Shown: positions 37,500 to 49,680 of the stretch, one piece after another
Layout: every line of letters starts with the position of its first letter
Position numbering within the stretch: the first letter of the stretch is position 1
DNA from: Scyliorhinus canicula
Lineage: Eukaryota
Assembly: GCF_902713615.1 (NCBI RefSeq)
Contig: NC_052156.1
Span: forward strand, 151,220,804 to 151,284,803
DNA: 64,000 nucleotides
Direction: 5' to 3'
The notes under the pieces: model-generated
What the model was told of the DNA's origin: nothing
What the model saw: the letters and a program-made list of their open reading frames with translations, nothing else
The model's database searches: none
Translations under genes and position numbers: made by a program

Positions 37500-40400
37500 T
37501 CAAAAATACACTAGTGGCGAACATCAGGCAACTGCTAAAGTTGATAATGACCCCATCCGGAGGAGAGAACACCAGAGGTGATTGTCTTCCTGGACGCAGA
37601 AAAGGCCTTCGACAGAGTCAAGTGGGGTGGGGACAGGATTCACCTCATGGGTGAAACTCCTGTACAATGCCCCTAAGGCAAAGGTACAGACCAACACCAC
37701 CAACTCTGAATATTTCCAGCTGCACAGATGTACAAGCCTGGAAAACCCACTGCCCCACTCCTATTCGTCCTGGCAATCGAGTGATTGGTGATCACCGTCA
37801 GGGCAATGAGAAGCTGGAAGGGAATCCGAAGGGAAGACAGGGAGCACAGAATTTCCAGTGTGGATGACCTACTCTACATCTCGGACCTGTAAAGCGGCAC
37901 AGAAAGGATCATGAAGCTCCTGAGATCATGAAACTCCTTCTCAGGCTACAAATTCAACCTGAAAGAGAGTGAAATCCTCCCTGTGAACCCAAAAGGGAGA
38001 GGGGCAGAGCTGGCGGGACTACCATTCAAGTGAGCCCAATACAAATTCCGCTATCTGGGGATCCAGATTGCCCACGACTGGACACGGATCCACAAATGGA
38101 ACCTGGCCAGTCTGGTGGAGGAAGTAAAAAAGGACCTGCTGAGATGGACTCATTCCCGCTCTCCCAGCAGGGAGGGTGCAGACAATCAAGATGAACATGC
38201 TGCCCAGGTTCCTCTTCTTGTTGAGACCAATACCGATCTACATTCCAAAGGCTTTCTTTAACTCGGTCGACAAAATAATTATGGAACTTGTGTAAGAGGG
38301 GGTGAAAGAACCGGAAACAGAATGGGTAAGGATGGAGGAGAGCTCCTGTACAGGGACGATCCTCTGGGCCAGCCAAACACACAACAAGCCCAGTGGTGGT
38401 AGCCACACTCCGAACCTGGAATCAAATCAGACAGCACCTCAGCTTAAACAAAATGTCCACTATGGCCCACATCTATGGCAACCACAGGCTCGCGCCAGCC
38501 ATGTTAGACACCATCTTTAGGAGGTGGAGACAGTACCGGGGGGACGGTGGCTGTTGGGGACTTTTATACAGAGGACAGACTAGCGATCTTAGAGGAACTG
38601 ACAGAAAAACTACAACAACCTATTGGGGGACATATTCTGATACTGGACTAGATATAAATTATAGGTGGCTCTGTAACTACATTTGTGCTCCTATATTAAT
38701 TTTGAATAGTTCTGATGAGACAAAAGGTACTCATTGGCTTAGATGCCTGTTTAGAAGAGGCAATTTGTAGAAACAGATAGTGTATACACAATCCTTGTCA
38801 ATACTAAAGACACAAAATGGTTTTTAGCTATTTTAGCAATACTAAAGACACAAAATGGCTGACTTAAGCTGCCGCATGAGAACCAACCGTGGGTACGTAT
38901 AGGGAGTATCCCAACAGCCACTTATAACAGCTTCACAGAACAAGACATTCAGTGTATCCTTGATAAAACTCAAGGTCCACAGCTGTAGACAGAACATATC
39001 CTAGTGTTAGTCTTGAGTGACTTTTGCATAAAGTTAGGGGCAAGTAAGACTACACCCACTTTAACCATATATGTGATAACTGGGATGCTAAGAAAATTGA
39101 TTGTATGTAAATGAAAATACAACTATTCCACCATTTGAATCTGTATATTAACCAGTGTGAGTCTTAGCTCAAGTGAGAAAGGGTGCTGTCAATAGGCTGG
39201 GAAGCCTCAGGCCTTTTCTCCCAGATCTGAAATAATAAACCTCTTCTTCATTTACTCAAACAGGCCTACTGTGAATATTTTCACCTCCAACACAACCCAA
39301 CAGGAACGAACTGTGACACCTACAGGTAAAAAACTTCATCCGCAAGGAGATGACAATGTACCCACAGATCCTGAGACACGCAATGTTAGAGGAACTACTG
39401 GATGCGGGCAGCCTGAGAGGGGTAAATGCGGGGATCTGTACAGACAACTATTAGAAAGGGCAGTCTCCCCACGAGATGGAACATGGGAAATATGGGAGGA
39501 AGAATTTGAGATAGAAATAGGATAGGGACTCTGGAGCGAAGCACAGAACAGGGCCAACTCCCCCTCCACTTGCGCAAGGTTAAGCCTTGTGCGACTGAAA
39601 GTGGTGCACAGAGCACACCTAAACAGAGCCCGAATGAGCACATTCTTCTCGGAGCTGGAGGACAAGTGTGAACGATGTCAGGGAGGCCTGGCCAACCATA
39701 TCCACGTGTTCTGGGCTCTCCAGACTGGTTGGGTACTGGACAGCCTTCTTCAAGGCAATGTTCAAGGTTACGGGGTTAGGGTGGAGTCGAGCCCTAAAGT
39801 GGCTGTCTCCGAGGCATCAGACCAACCAGAACTATTTATGGGGATGGGGCCAAAGCCATTGCCTTTGCTCCCCTAATTTCCCGTCAAAGACTCATGCTTG
39901 GCATGCGATTAGCAGCACCACCCAAAGCTGCAGACTGACTGGCAGACCTGTCGGAATTTTTCCACCTGGAGAAAATCAAATTCCCCATCGGTCAGAGGAG
40001 GGCTTCCACAAAACATGAAGGCCACTCACCAACTTGTTCCAGGCCCTGTTTGAAGCCAACAGCCAATAGAGCGGGGGAGGGGAGCCACACAGGAGCCAAC
40101 AAGACACCAGGTAACAGGTAGAGGGGAGCAGGGAGGGAGGGGGAGAAGCTAGGGAAGGGGGTCGACTGGGAACAGCCAGAATAGACAACAGGGCGCGAAG
40201 AACAAGGCCACAAAGATAGGGTCCTCCACCAGTGGACGAAGGGCCCCAGGACAAAATAAAGGCTGGCCAAGGTACGGGGAGGGACACAAAACCCCCCCCA
40301 CCCCCTCAGGCTGAAAACCCCACACCAACCGGCAACCAGCAGACCAACAAAACCAGCTGCAGAGCCTAGAGCTCAGCCGGGCACAAGCAAATAAAGCAAA

Positions 40401-40560
40401 ATAGAACAAGAGCCCAAAGAAACATCTGAAGCATGAGGGGTGGGGCCAATCGACAGGGGGAAGAAGGGAGGGGGGAAAGAGCTATACATATGCAAATAGA
40501 TTATAATCACCTTTTGTAAAATATGTATTCCAAAAAAATCTTAAAATAGCAAAAAGGAGG
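37500..40560 (+). mobile_element. Heavily deleted L1/Tx1 fragments, interrupted by non-L1 sequence at ~38640-39250
   Basis: DAEKAFDRVK, YLGIQIAHDW, RLKVVHRAHL...EDKCERCQG motifs. Confidence 0.75.
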
Positions 40561-40584
40561 GTTGGGGCGAAGGAGGGCTAATTC

Positions 40585-40938
40585 CAATCATAGAATTTAA
40601 TAGAATTTACAGAAGGAGGCCATTTGGCCCATCGAGTCTGCACCGGCTCCTGGAAAGAGCACCCTACCCAAGGTCAACACCTCCACCTTATCCCCATAAC
40701 CCAGTAACCCCACCCAACACGAAGGGCAATTTTGGACACTAAGGGAAATTTATCATGGCCAATCCATCTAACCTGCACATCTTTGGACTGTGGGAGGAAA
40801 CCGGAGCACCCGGAGGAAACTCACGCACACACGGGGAGGATGTGCAGACTCTGCACAGACAGTGACCCAGCCGGGAATCGAACCTGGGACCCTGGAGCTG
40901 TGAAGCAATTGTGCTATCCACAATGATACCGTGCTGCT
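40585..40938 (-). mobile_element. HE1-type SINE
   Basis: Reverse complement of the 2448-2790 family. Confidence 0.85.
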
Positions 40939-41186
40939 GAGCTCTCGTAAATTGTATCTGATCTACATACCTTTGTTTATTGTGCAGTGTATAAAATGAA
41001 AAACTTTAATAAACCATTCTTTTTAACAACACCAGTTATCTCCGTTGCACTCTTCTACAGATTACAGAATATTTCTTGTTCCGAACGCACTGTTTTCCCT
41101 GAAAGACTCTGATGAGTGGTTCCCTGGTGACTCTTGGTCGCACAGATATAACCACATGCTTTGATGGTTGGCCCAGTGTGTTTATT

Positions 41187-41278
41187 TCAGTTTGTGATGG
41201 CAGCATTCTGCTTTCTAGCTAAAGTATTCAGAAATTCTTCCCCCTGTCTTCCTCCACCTTCCCTGGTCAATAGTTCAT
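41187..41278 (-). other. Candidate terminal exon of an antisense/divergent transcript: (D)ELLTREGGGRQGEEFLNTLARKQNAAITN*
   Basis: Minus acceptor aaccttcttcag|; phase-1 frame ends in TGA directly followed by AATAAA; non-repeat island. Confidence 0.3.
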
Positions 41279-41319
41279 CTGAAGAAGGTTGCTGCCTTAC
41301 AAGGGGTTGGTAATTTAAA

Positions 41320-42250
41320 AAAAATTAATTTATGGGATGTGCGCATCGCTGGTTCAGCCAGTTCTTGCCCATCCCTAGTTGCCCTTCAGAAGGTGGTGGT
41401 GAGTTGCCTTCTTGAACCGCTGCAGTCCTTGAGGTGTAGGTACTGCGCTGTTGGGGACGGAGTTCCAGGATGTTGCCCCAGTGACAGTGAAGGAACGGCA
41501 ATATATTTCCAAGTAAGTGACTTGGAGGGGAAAGACCTGCAGTCCAAAAGCCAGGAGGGGGTTAGATTCTCTCTTGTAGAAGATGGTCATTGCCTGCCAC
41601 TTGTGTGGCACAAATGTAACTTGCCACTTGTCAGCCCAAGCCTGGATATTGTCCAGGTCTTGCTGCATTTGGACATGAACTGCTTCATTATCTGAAGAGT
41701 CGCGAATGGTGCTAAACATTGTTCAGTCATCCGCAAACATCCTTACTTTTGACTTTATGATGGAAGGGAGGTCATTGATGAAGCAGCTGGAGATGGTTGG
41801 GCCGAGGACATTACCCTGAGGAACTCCTGCAGTGATCTGCTGGAGCTGAGATAATTGACCTGCAACCACCATAACCATTTTTCTTTGTGCCAGGTATGAT
41901 TTCAACCAGCGGAGATTCATATTGACTCCAGTTTAGCTAGGGCTCCTTGATGCCATACTCAGTCAAATGCTGCCTTGATGTCAAAGGCAGTCACTTTCGC
42001 CTCACCTCTGGCATTCAGCTCTTTTGTCCATGTTTGAACCAAGGCTGTAATGAGGTCAGGAGCTGAGTGACCCTGGCGGAACCCAAACTGAGCGTCAGTG
42101 AGCAGGTTATTGCTGAGTAAGTGCTGCTTGATAGCACTGTTGATGACTCCTTCCATCACTTTGCTAATGATAGAGAGTAGACGGATAGTGTAATAATTGG
42201 CTGGGTGGATTTGTCCTGTTTCTTGTGTACAGGAAACACCTGCAAAATTT
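41320..42250 (-). mobile_element. L2/CR1-superfamily LINE fragment
   Basis: LLTDAQFGFRQGHSAPDL...FDIKAAFD; GVPQGNVLGP...MFADD. Confidence 0.8.
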
Positions 42251-42462
42251 TCCAACATTACCTGTTATATGCCAGTGTTGCCACATGTCAACCATTTGTT
42301 TGAAACCTTTGAACCAATTAATGCAGGACCCAAGATGTCAGGATGGCACAACCCCCACCCCGACCGACGACCCCCCCCCCCCCCCCCCCCCCCCATCCAT
42401 CACTTAGCTTAAGGTCACTTTTTTAGTTAACCTCATGCTGAGGATCAGTTGCTAGCTCTTAC

Positions 42463-42578
42463 CACGTACTTGTATAGATAAAAGGGTAGATAAGGCACAA
42501 GAAGGCTCGGTGGCATCAGTTCTGGAATGGGCACATCTTTGCTTTGTCTCAGTGTTGGCTGCTAGGAGTGTTTTTTTT
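42463..42578 (-). other. Candidate internal exon of an antisense/divergent transcript (116 nt)
   Basis: Strong acceptor ttttctgtttctgtctctcttcag| and donor GTG|gtaaga; open only in phase 2 to 1 (KKTLLAANTETKQRCAHSRTDATEPSCALSTLLSIQVR). Confidence 0.45.
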
Positions 42579-42649
42579 CTGAAGAGAGACAGAAACAGAA
42601 AACATCCAATCTTCTGCGAAGGGTTTACAATACAACTCTTGCTAATTTG

Positions 42650-42880
42650 TTTTTTAAAAAATAAATTTAGAGTACCCAATTCATTTTTTCCAATTAAGGG
42701 GCAATTTAGCATGGCCAATCCACCTAGCCTGCACATATTTTGGTTGTGGGGGCGAAACCCATGCAAACACGGGGAGAATGTGCAAACACCACATGGGCAG
42801 TGACCCAGAGCCGGGATACGAACCTGGGACCTCGACGCCGTGAGGGTGCAGGGCTAACCCACTGCGCCACCATGCTGCCC
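42650..42880 (-). mobile_element. HE1-related SINE
   Basis: Reverse complement of the 1950-2177 family. Confidence 0.8.
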
Positions 42881-43059
42881 CAACTCTTGCTAGTTCTATA
42901 ATATTATTAGGGGTTGAGATGACAGTAATGATTAGTGATGACAATGCAGTGCTGAAGAAAGAGGATGGCCTTGACAGAGATCAAGGACAGAATCCATTTG
43001 GCTAGAATGAAGGAACAAAAAAGATGTAGGGCAAGATCTATCGGCTGCATAGCGTTCAA

Positions 43060-44430
43060 AGCCCAGGTACTTCCTGGCAGCCACTATGCCTCATGAGATC
43101 AATTCAAGTCTCGCGAGGTGTTGAGATCAGGAACCCAACCACAATGGGCGTGATCAGGCCGCGCTCATATAAGTAGGCCTTAAACCTACTAGGACCTACT
43201 CACCCGGGATCTACCGGCCTCCTGGCATCTTACGGCCTCCTCAGGGAGTCCCCTCCGGGCACCATTCATTACTGGTCCACAAAAGTCAGAGGCCCCTGGG
43301 TGGCCATGGATAGAGCAAGGAAGCTTCCTTGCCCTCCTCCTGGAATGTGGGCACCTTTGCACTGTCCAGCTGGCACTTTGACTCTGCCACATACACTGCC
43401 AGGGTGCCTGCATGGCACTGCCAAGCTGGCAAGAGCAGTGCCAGGATGCCATGGTGGGACTGCCAAGGGTCAGGACCCAAAGGGGGCCATGCCCATGAAA
43501 GGAGGGTGGGGGTGGGTGCAGGGCAGGAAAGGCCTCTGAGAATTTGTGGGGTGATTGGTGGGGGTCCTGGAAGGGGGCTTGGGGGGGGCCTGAAGAGGGG
43601 GTCCCCAGGATCCCCATAGTGGGGTGTACTCACTTGGGGGGGGTGGGGTAATGCCCATGTGTGTGGGAGATTACATTGTCCATGGGTGGGGGCTGTGGAG
43701 ACCCAAACGTTCATTGGAGATCGGGACACCCTTTCAAAATGGCGGCCCAATCTCTGAGTTCAGCTCCCCAGTGCTAAAAAAGTTCCAAGTGTGGGCTCAA
43801 CCAGTGAGAAACTCCCCAAGGCCCCAAAAGTGACTAAATGTCATTTGATAGCAGTGGGGAACTCACCATCAGAGCCGGTGGGAAATTCCCAGCAAATCCT
43901 GCGACAATTGACACTTAGCAACTTTCCCGTAGACCAATGTTCTTTAAACTTATTTTCCGGGGACCCATTTTTACCAACCGGCCAACCTTCGCGACCCATG
44001 CCGGCCGACCTTCGCGACCCACCATTTCCTCTCATCTTGTTTGTTGCTGACAAAAATTGAGGAAATGGTTTTGGGTCCCTTTGGCCCTCGTACACACTCC
44101 TCCAATGGAACCTGTTGGATGTAAGTGAAGCCTTCCGGTGTCGGAAAGTATGGAGTCTCCATCTGTCCAAAGTTCGGCATTTTTTTCCTGTAAAGTTTTA
44201 TCAAATAAAACCCCCCCCAAACTTGTAAAAAAAACGAATAAAATAAATGAAAAAAATAAAGATTAAATGAATAAAATAAATGAATAAAATTAATTTTTAA
44301 AAACCCCAAACTTGTAAAACAAAAAGCTGCGACCGTTTAAAAAAAATAGCTGCCGCACTGGGCATTCGTGCCCGATTATCAGCGCACATGCGCATAGTTT
44401 TAGGCTATTTTCCTCAAAATAGCCTGCTAT
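43060..44430. mobile_element. GC-rich non-autonomous DNA-transposon-like repeat
   Basis: Shares motifs with 34040-35300; no coding homology recognised. Confidence 0.4.
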
Positions 44431-44619
44431 GGGGCTGTTCAGCACACTGGGCTAAATCGCTGGCTTTGAAAGCAGACCAAGGCAGGCCAGCAGCACAGTT
44501 CAATTCTCGTAACAGCCTCCCCGAACAGGCGCTGGAATGTGGTGACTAGGGGCTTTTCACAGTAACTTCATTGAAGCCTACTCGTGACAATAAGCAATTT
44601 TCATTTCATTTCATTTATT

Positions 44620-47020
44620 AGAGTGAGGAGAGAAAAGTATCCCCTCACTCTATCTAACAACAGCACAAAAGAAGATGCCGAGCAACATGAGCTCCAGAGG
44701 CCGTAAAGAGACAAAAGCGACAGAAACCAGGAGAAACAAGCGGCCTACATGGCGGACGCACAAGACAATGAAGTGCTGGCCACACCAGAACGAGGGACTG
44801 GAAAATCGCACTCGTCGGGACTCCCCCTCACTGCAGGGCAGATGGAGGAAGTTCCTCTCCAGGGAGCTAAAGTAGCTCAAGGAAGAGATAAAGACTGACA
44901 TTCAAGCTGCGGTCAAGGTGTCGCTTGCGGAAGCCCTGGCCACCATGCAGGTGGCCCTGGACAAGGCAGAGAGGCAACTGGGGACTATGGTAACACCATC
45001 AAGGAACTAGAAAAAGCCTCAACAGATCAGAGCGACCGGATCCCGCTCTAGAGACGGAAATAGCGGGGCAGGTCATAACGCAGGAAAGTCTGAAAGGGAA
45101 AATAGAGGACAAGAAGAACTGGTCACGGTGCCAGAACTTAACGATAGTGGGCCTGCTGGAAGGGTTTGAAAGGCAGGGACCCCATAAACTATGTGGCCCA
45201 GATGTTAGGAAACCTGGTGGGAAGGGACAGCTTCTCGAACCCATCCAGAAATGGCCAAAGCCCACCCTTCACTCTGGCCGAAACCCAAGGCTGGAGAGCA
45301 GCCGAAGGTGATAATCGCCAAATACACCTATATCAGGACCAGGAAAGAATCCTGCGCTGGGCCAGGCAAAGAAGGACCTTGAACTGGGAAAGGCACCACA
45401 TCAGAATATATGCGGGTAAGGAAGGCTGGGTGGGACAGACCTACCATTCCTGCTACGGGACGAGAGGTAGGGAGTAGCCATACTGTTAAACAAGAGGATA
45501 ATGTTTACTGCGTCGAGGACGGTTACAGACCTAGGGGGATGATATGTCAGCGGTGCCCTGGACGGGGCACCAGTGGTCCTGGTCAATGTGTACGTGCCCA
45601 ATTGGGACGACATGGAATTTATAAAGAAGACCATGTCGGAAACCCCCGACATCGACACACACAGACTTATCATGGGAGGGGGCTTGAACTGTTTACAGGA
45701 ACTGTGGACAGACAGGTTGAACCCCAAAACAGGGAGGACCTCGAATTGCCCTTGACTGGACATAGATCCACGAATGTAACCTGACCAGTCTGGTGGAGGA
45801 AGTAAACAAGGATCTGGATAGGTGGGGCACACTCCCATTCTCACTGGCGGGGAGACTGCAGACAATCAAGATGAACATACTGCCCAGGTTCCTCTTCCTG
45901 TTCAGATCCCTACCAATCTACATCCCCTAGGACTTTTTCAATACGGTAGACAAACTGATCATGCCATTTATGAGTGTGTGTGGTGGTGGTGGTGGTGGTG
46001 GTAGTGGTGGTTGGGGGTGGAAGAACCCAAGAATCCCAAAAAAGGTCCTGAAAAGAAAAAGAAGCATGGGAGGCCTGGCCCTCCGAAACCTACAATTCTA
46101 CCACTGGGCCATCACAGCAGAGAGAGTGAGGGGGTGGGTGAAGGAGCCGGAAGCAGAGTGGGTGAAGATGGAGGAAAGTTTCTGCACAGGGACGTCCCTC
46201 CGAGTTCTAGTTACGACAGCACTCCAATCCCCGCCAACCAAACACTCAAAAAGCCCAGTGGTAGTAACTAAGCTCGGGACATGGTACCAATTGAGGCAGC
46301 ACTTTGGGCTTACCGAAATGTCCATTATGGCCCCCATCTGCAACAACCACAGGTTAAGCCAGCAACAATGGGCGCAACCTTTAAAAGGTAGAGAGAAGAT
46401 GGGGGAATGGCGCTGACAGCGATTATATACAGATGACGGATTAGCAACGCTGGAAGAATTTACGGAGAGGTTTCAACTGCCCAAAGGAAATGAATGAAGG
46501 CATAATCGACTTAAAACCTTTCTCCATAGGGAAACACTGAGATACTCACCAGTATGGGGCTGGTTTAGCACAGTGGGCTGAACAGCTGGCTTGTAATGCA
46601 AAACAATGCCAGCAGCGCGAGTTCAATTCCCGTAGTGGCCTCCCTGAACAGGCGCCGGAATGTGGCGACTAGGGGCTTTTAACAGTAACATCATTGAAGC
46701 CTACTTGTGACAATAAGTGATTATTATTATTATTAGAGGAACTGTTGGACGTGGGCGACTTGGGGAAAGGGAACTGCAGAGACCCGTATGGGTGACTGTT
46801 GGAGGAGGCACGCTCCCCCCAGAAGAGACAAGAGAAAAATGGGAGGAGGAACTAGGAATAGAAGTAAGTGGGGGTCTCTGGATCAAAGTACTCAACACAA
46901 ACTCCACCTCCACATGAGCAGGGCTAAGCCAAATGCAACTAAAGGCGATGCACAAAATGCACCTAATCTGAACCCGAATGAACAGGTTCTTCCTGAAGGT
47001 GGAGGACAAATGTGAACGGG
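44620..47020 (+). mobile_element. Internally deleted L1/Tx1 retaining ORF1 and ORF2 pieces
   Basis: ORF1-like IEDKKNWSRCQNLTIVGLLEG; EN VLVNVYVPNWDD; C-terminal PEAEWVKMEESFCTGTSL. Confidence 0.75.
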
Positions 47021-47389
47021 TGAGTTGCCCCATTGCCCCCTCCGCAGTCAACCTGCAAAAATGACCCCAGGGAAAGATGGTGCTGGCAAAACGGCACGTC
47101 AACTGGCAGCACAGATGTTCCCACCCACCCGGCCTTCTCTACCCTCCACCCTGGCAAAACCTGCCCACGGTTTCAGTCGGTTTTCTCAATGTCTATCACT
47201 TGTATTTACTGATCAGACATAATCCTGCAGTCCAAAAGCCAGTGCCTGACAAACATTTGTCTATTATTTTATATACTGAAGAGAAATACTTTGATCATGA
47301 AGTTAGCCCTCTGGGAAACAGCGGGTCTGCATGTTTACATTGGCCACCTCCTTTGAGGAGGTTGATCTTTATTTTCGATTGCAAATTGT

Positions 47390-47457
47390 CGGAATTGAAA
47401 CCGAAAGCAGAAGAGGAGGAAGTCCGGCTGCCTTCCTGCAAGGCTGAGGTGGGAAAG
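47390..47457 (+). promoter_or_regulatory. Candidate promoter and non-coding exon 1 of the B7-like gene: ISRE (GAAACCGAAAG, 47397-47407), ETS/PU.1 (GAGGAAGT, 47416-47423), donor AAG|GTATGT at 47457
   Basis: Motifs read directly in a non-repeat island, next to a CpG-rich block; exon 53560 starts with an acceptor, so it needs an upstream exon. Confidence 0.65.
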
Positions 47458-47479
47458 GTATGTTTATGAAATTTAACTT

Positions 47480-47830
47480 TCCGAAGGACAGGGTCGCATC
47501 GCCGGGGGGCGGGGGGGTTAAGGTTTTGTTTCGCGGGGGGTCTATTTTGCTTCAAGGTGAATCTTTAACGCGAACCGTCGGCTCTTCGAACTCTCACAAG
47601 TTGGTTTCACTTCAGCAATTCCCGCCCCGACAATAAGGAGCCGAACTGGGCCCAGGACCCCTCGGGACCCCCGGCCCGGGATTCACTCCACCTTCCCCGC
47701 CTCACACCGATTTAATGCCGGGGACCTCGGGCGGGAAGACGGCCTTTCCCCCCAAATTCCCGCCCTTTCCCCCGGTTGAAGCCTGGGCCGATTAACGGCT
47801 GCTCCCCCCCCCCCCCCCAGCCAAAATCAG
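47480..47830. promoter_or_regulatory. CpG-island-like block with second IRF motif (GGTTTCACTTC 47603-47613) and GC boxes
   Basis: Dense CG dinucleotides, CCCGCCCC; not recognisable as a repeat. Confidence 0.6.
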
Positions 47831-47944
47831 AAAGAATCATTTAAATACGGTACACGTGGTCATCCTTCAAGATCCTTTCCCAATTCAATTTCAACTATCA
47901 TTGGGCACCACTGCTAGTGAGCGCCACAGGAGGTAGAAGGAAGT

Positions 47945-48520
47945 GATGATGTGGAAATATCGGCGTTAGACTGGGGTGAGCGCAGTAAGAAGTCTGACCA
48001 GGTTAAAGTCCAAAAGGTTTTTTTCAAACACTAGGTCCATACGGTGCAACTGGAGAGAGGGATAATCACAGGTTAAAGAGGTATGAATTGTCTCAAACCA
48101 GGACAGTTTGGGGGGGGGGGGATTTCACAAGCCCAGGCCAGATGGTGCGGAAGGGGGGAGGTGAATGTAATGTGATAATAATCCTGGTTGAGGCTGTACT
48201 CATGTGTGCGGAACTTGGCTATCAGTTTCTGCTCTGCGATTCTGCATTGTTGCGCGTCCTGAAGGCTGTCTTGAAGAACGCTTTCCCAAAGATCAGAGCC
48301 TGAATGCCCTTGACTGCTAAAGTGTTCCCCGACTGGAAGGGAACATTCCTGCCTGGTGATTGTCGTGCGATATCTGTTTATCTGTTGTCGCAATGTCTGT
48401 ATGTGCCATGCCTCGTGACATTCTTTCCTGCATCGCATGAGGTAGACAATGTTGGCCGAGTGGCACGAGTATGTACTGCATAACGGGTAGGTGGTGGTCT
48501 CACGTTATTTCGGGCCAGAG
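47945..48520 (-). mobile_element. Penelope-like retroelement 3' part (GIY-YIG endonuclease remnant)
   Basis: QTLRQQINRYRTTITRQECSLPVGEHFSSQGH...IAEQKLIAKFRTHEYSLN. Confidence 0.8.
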
Positions 48521-48829
48521 TTTAGAGAACCACAACATTTAAATAGATTTTGGTTATGGGGTGCAGAAAGGCCCACCCCATTCTGTAAATTAATAAAAAT
48601 TTATTTACAGGATGTGGGTGTTGCTGGTTAGACCAGCATTTATTGTCCATCTTTGTTGCCCTTCAGAAGGTGGTGGTGAGCTGCCTTCTTGACAGTGGCG
48701 TGCAGAGGGGGGGGGGGGGGGGGGCGACGGTGCATTGGCCCCGGGCATCCATTGGATGGGGGCATCCAATCAGAGAAGGAAAAAAAAAAATGTTTTTTTA
48801 AACAAAATTTTTTTTTTTTTAAATTTTTT

Positions 48830-49050
48830 AAAAAAAATTTAGATTACCCAATTATTTTTTTCAATTAAGGGGCAATTTAGCGTGGCCAATCCACCTACTC
48901 TGCACATTTTTTGGGTTGTGGGGGCGAAACCAACGCAGACACGGGGAGAATGTGCAAACTCCACACGGACATTGACCCAGAGCCGGGATCGAACCTGGGA
49001 CCTCAGTTCCGTGAGGCGGTTGTGCTAACCACTAGGCCACCGTGCTGCCC
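48830..49050 (-). mobile_element. HE1-related SINE inserted in the hAT 5' subterminal region
   Basis: Reverse complement of the 1950-2177 family. Confidence 0.8.
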
Positions 49051-49680
49051 CAGAGAAGGAAATAAGATAGTAATTTTAAAATTTCAGCGGTGATAAATCA
49101 ATTTTTGGAGGCTCACCACACTGCAGAGGCAGTTGTTAGCCCTTTATTCCTTTAACATGGTGTACCCTTTCTGTCTAGAGAAAATGGTCCTTCTCCCCAT
49201 CCCCCCACATGCATGCGGATGATGTACGTGGTGCAACCATCAAAAGCAACAAGCAGACATGGCTGTTCGTTCCTGCATTTCCTCGAGTCATAACTCTTCT
49301 TTTCTTCAGCTTTTTGTGCATCTAGATTAGCTCTTTTACCTACTCATGTCAGTGAATAGCTCTAGAACAGGTGTAACTACGGTTTTTATAGGTTTTTTGG
49401 CGATATTCAATGAAATATTTACGTGGGATGTAGTAAGAGTGAAGCCTGGATGATCAGAGGACTGCTATGGCATTTAATCGCGGAATAGGAGACATTTATT
49501 CCTTAACATGCTAATATTCGAATACAGATACCACTAATTTGCAAGTCTATGATATAAATTGCACAAAATTATCAGTGGAGAATCAGTGTGAAATAATTTG
49601 ATACGAAGGAACAAAGAAATGAAATATGGTTTATCCGTCTGCAACTGACCGATTGTTTACCATTTTCTTCCCATTTTCTC

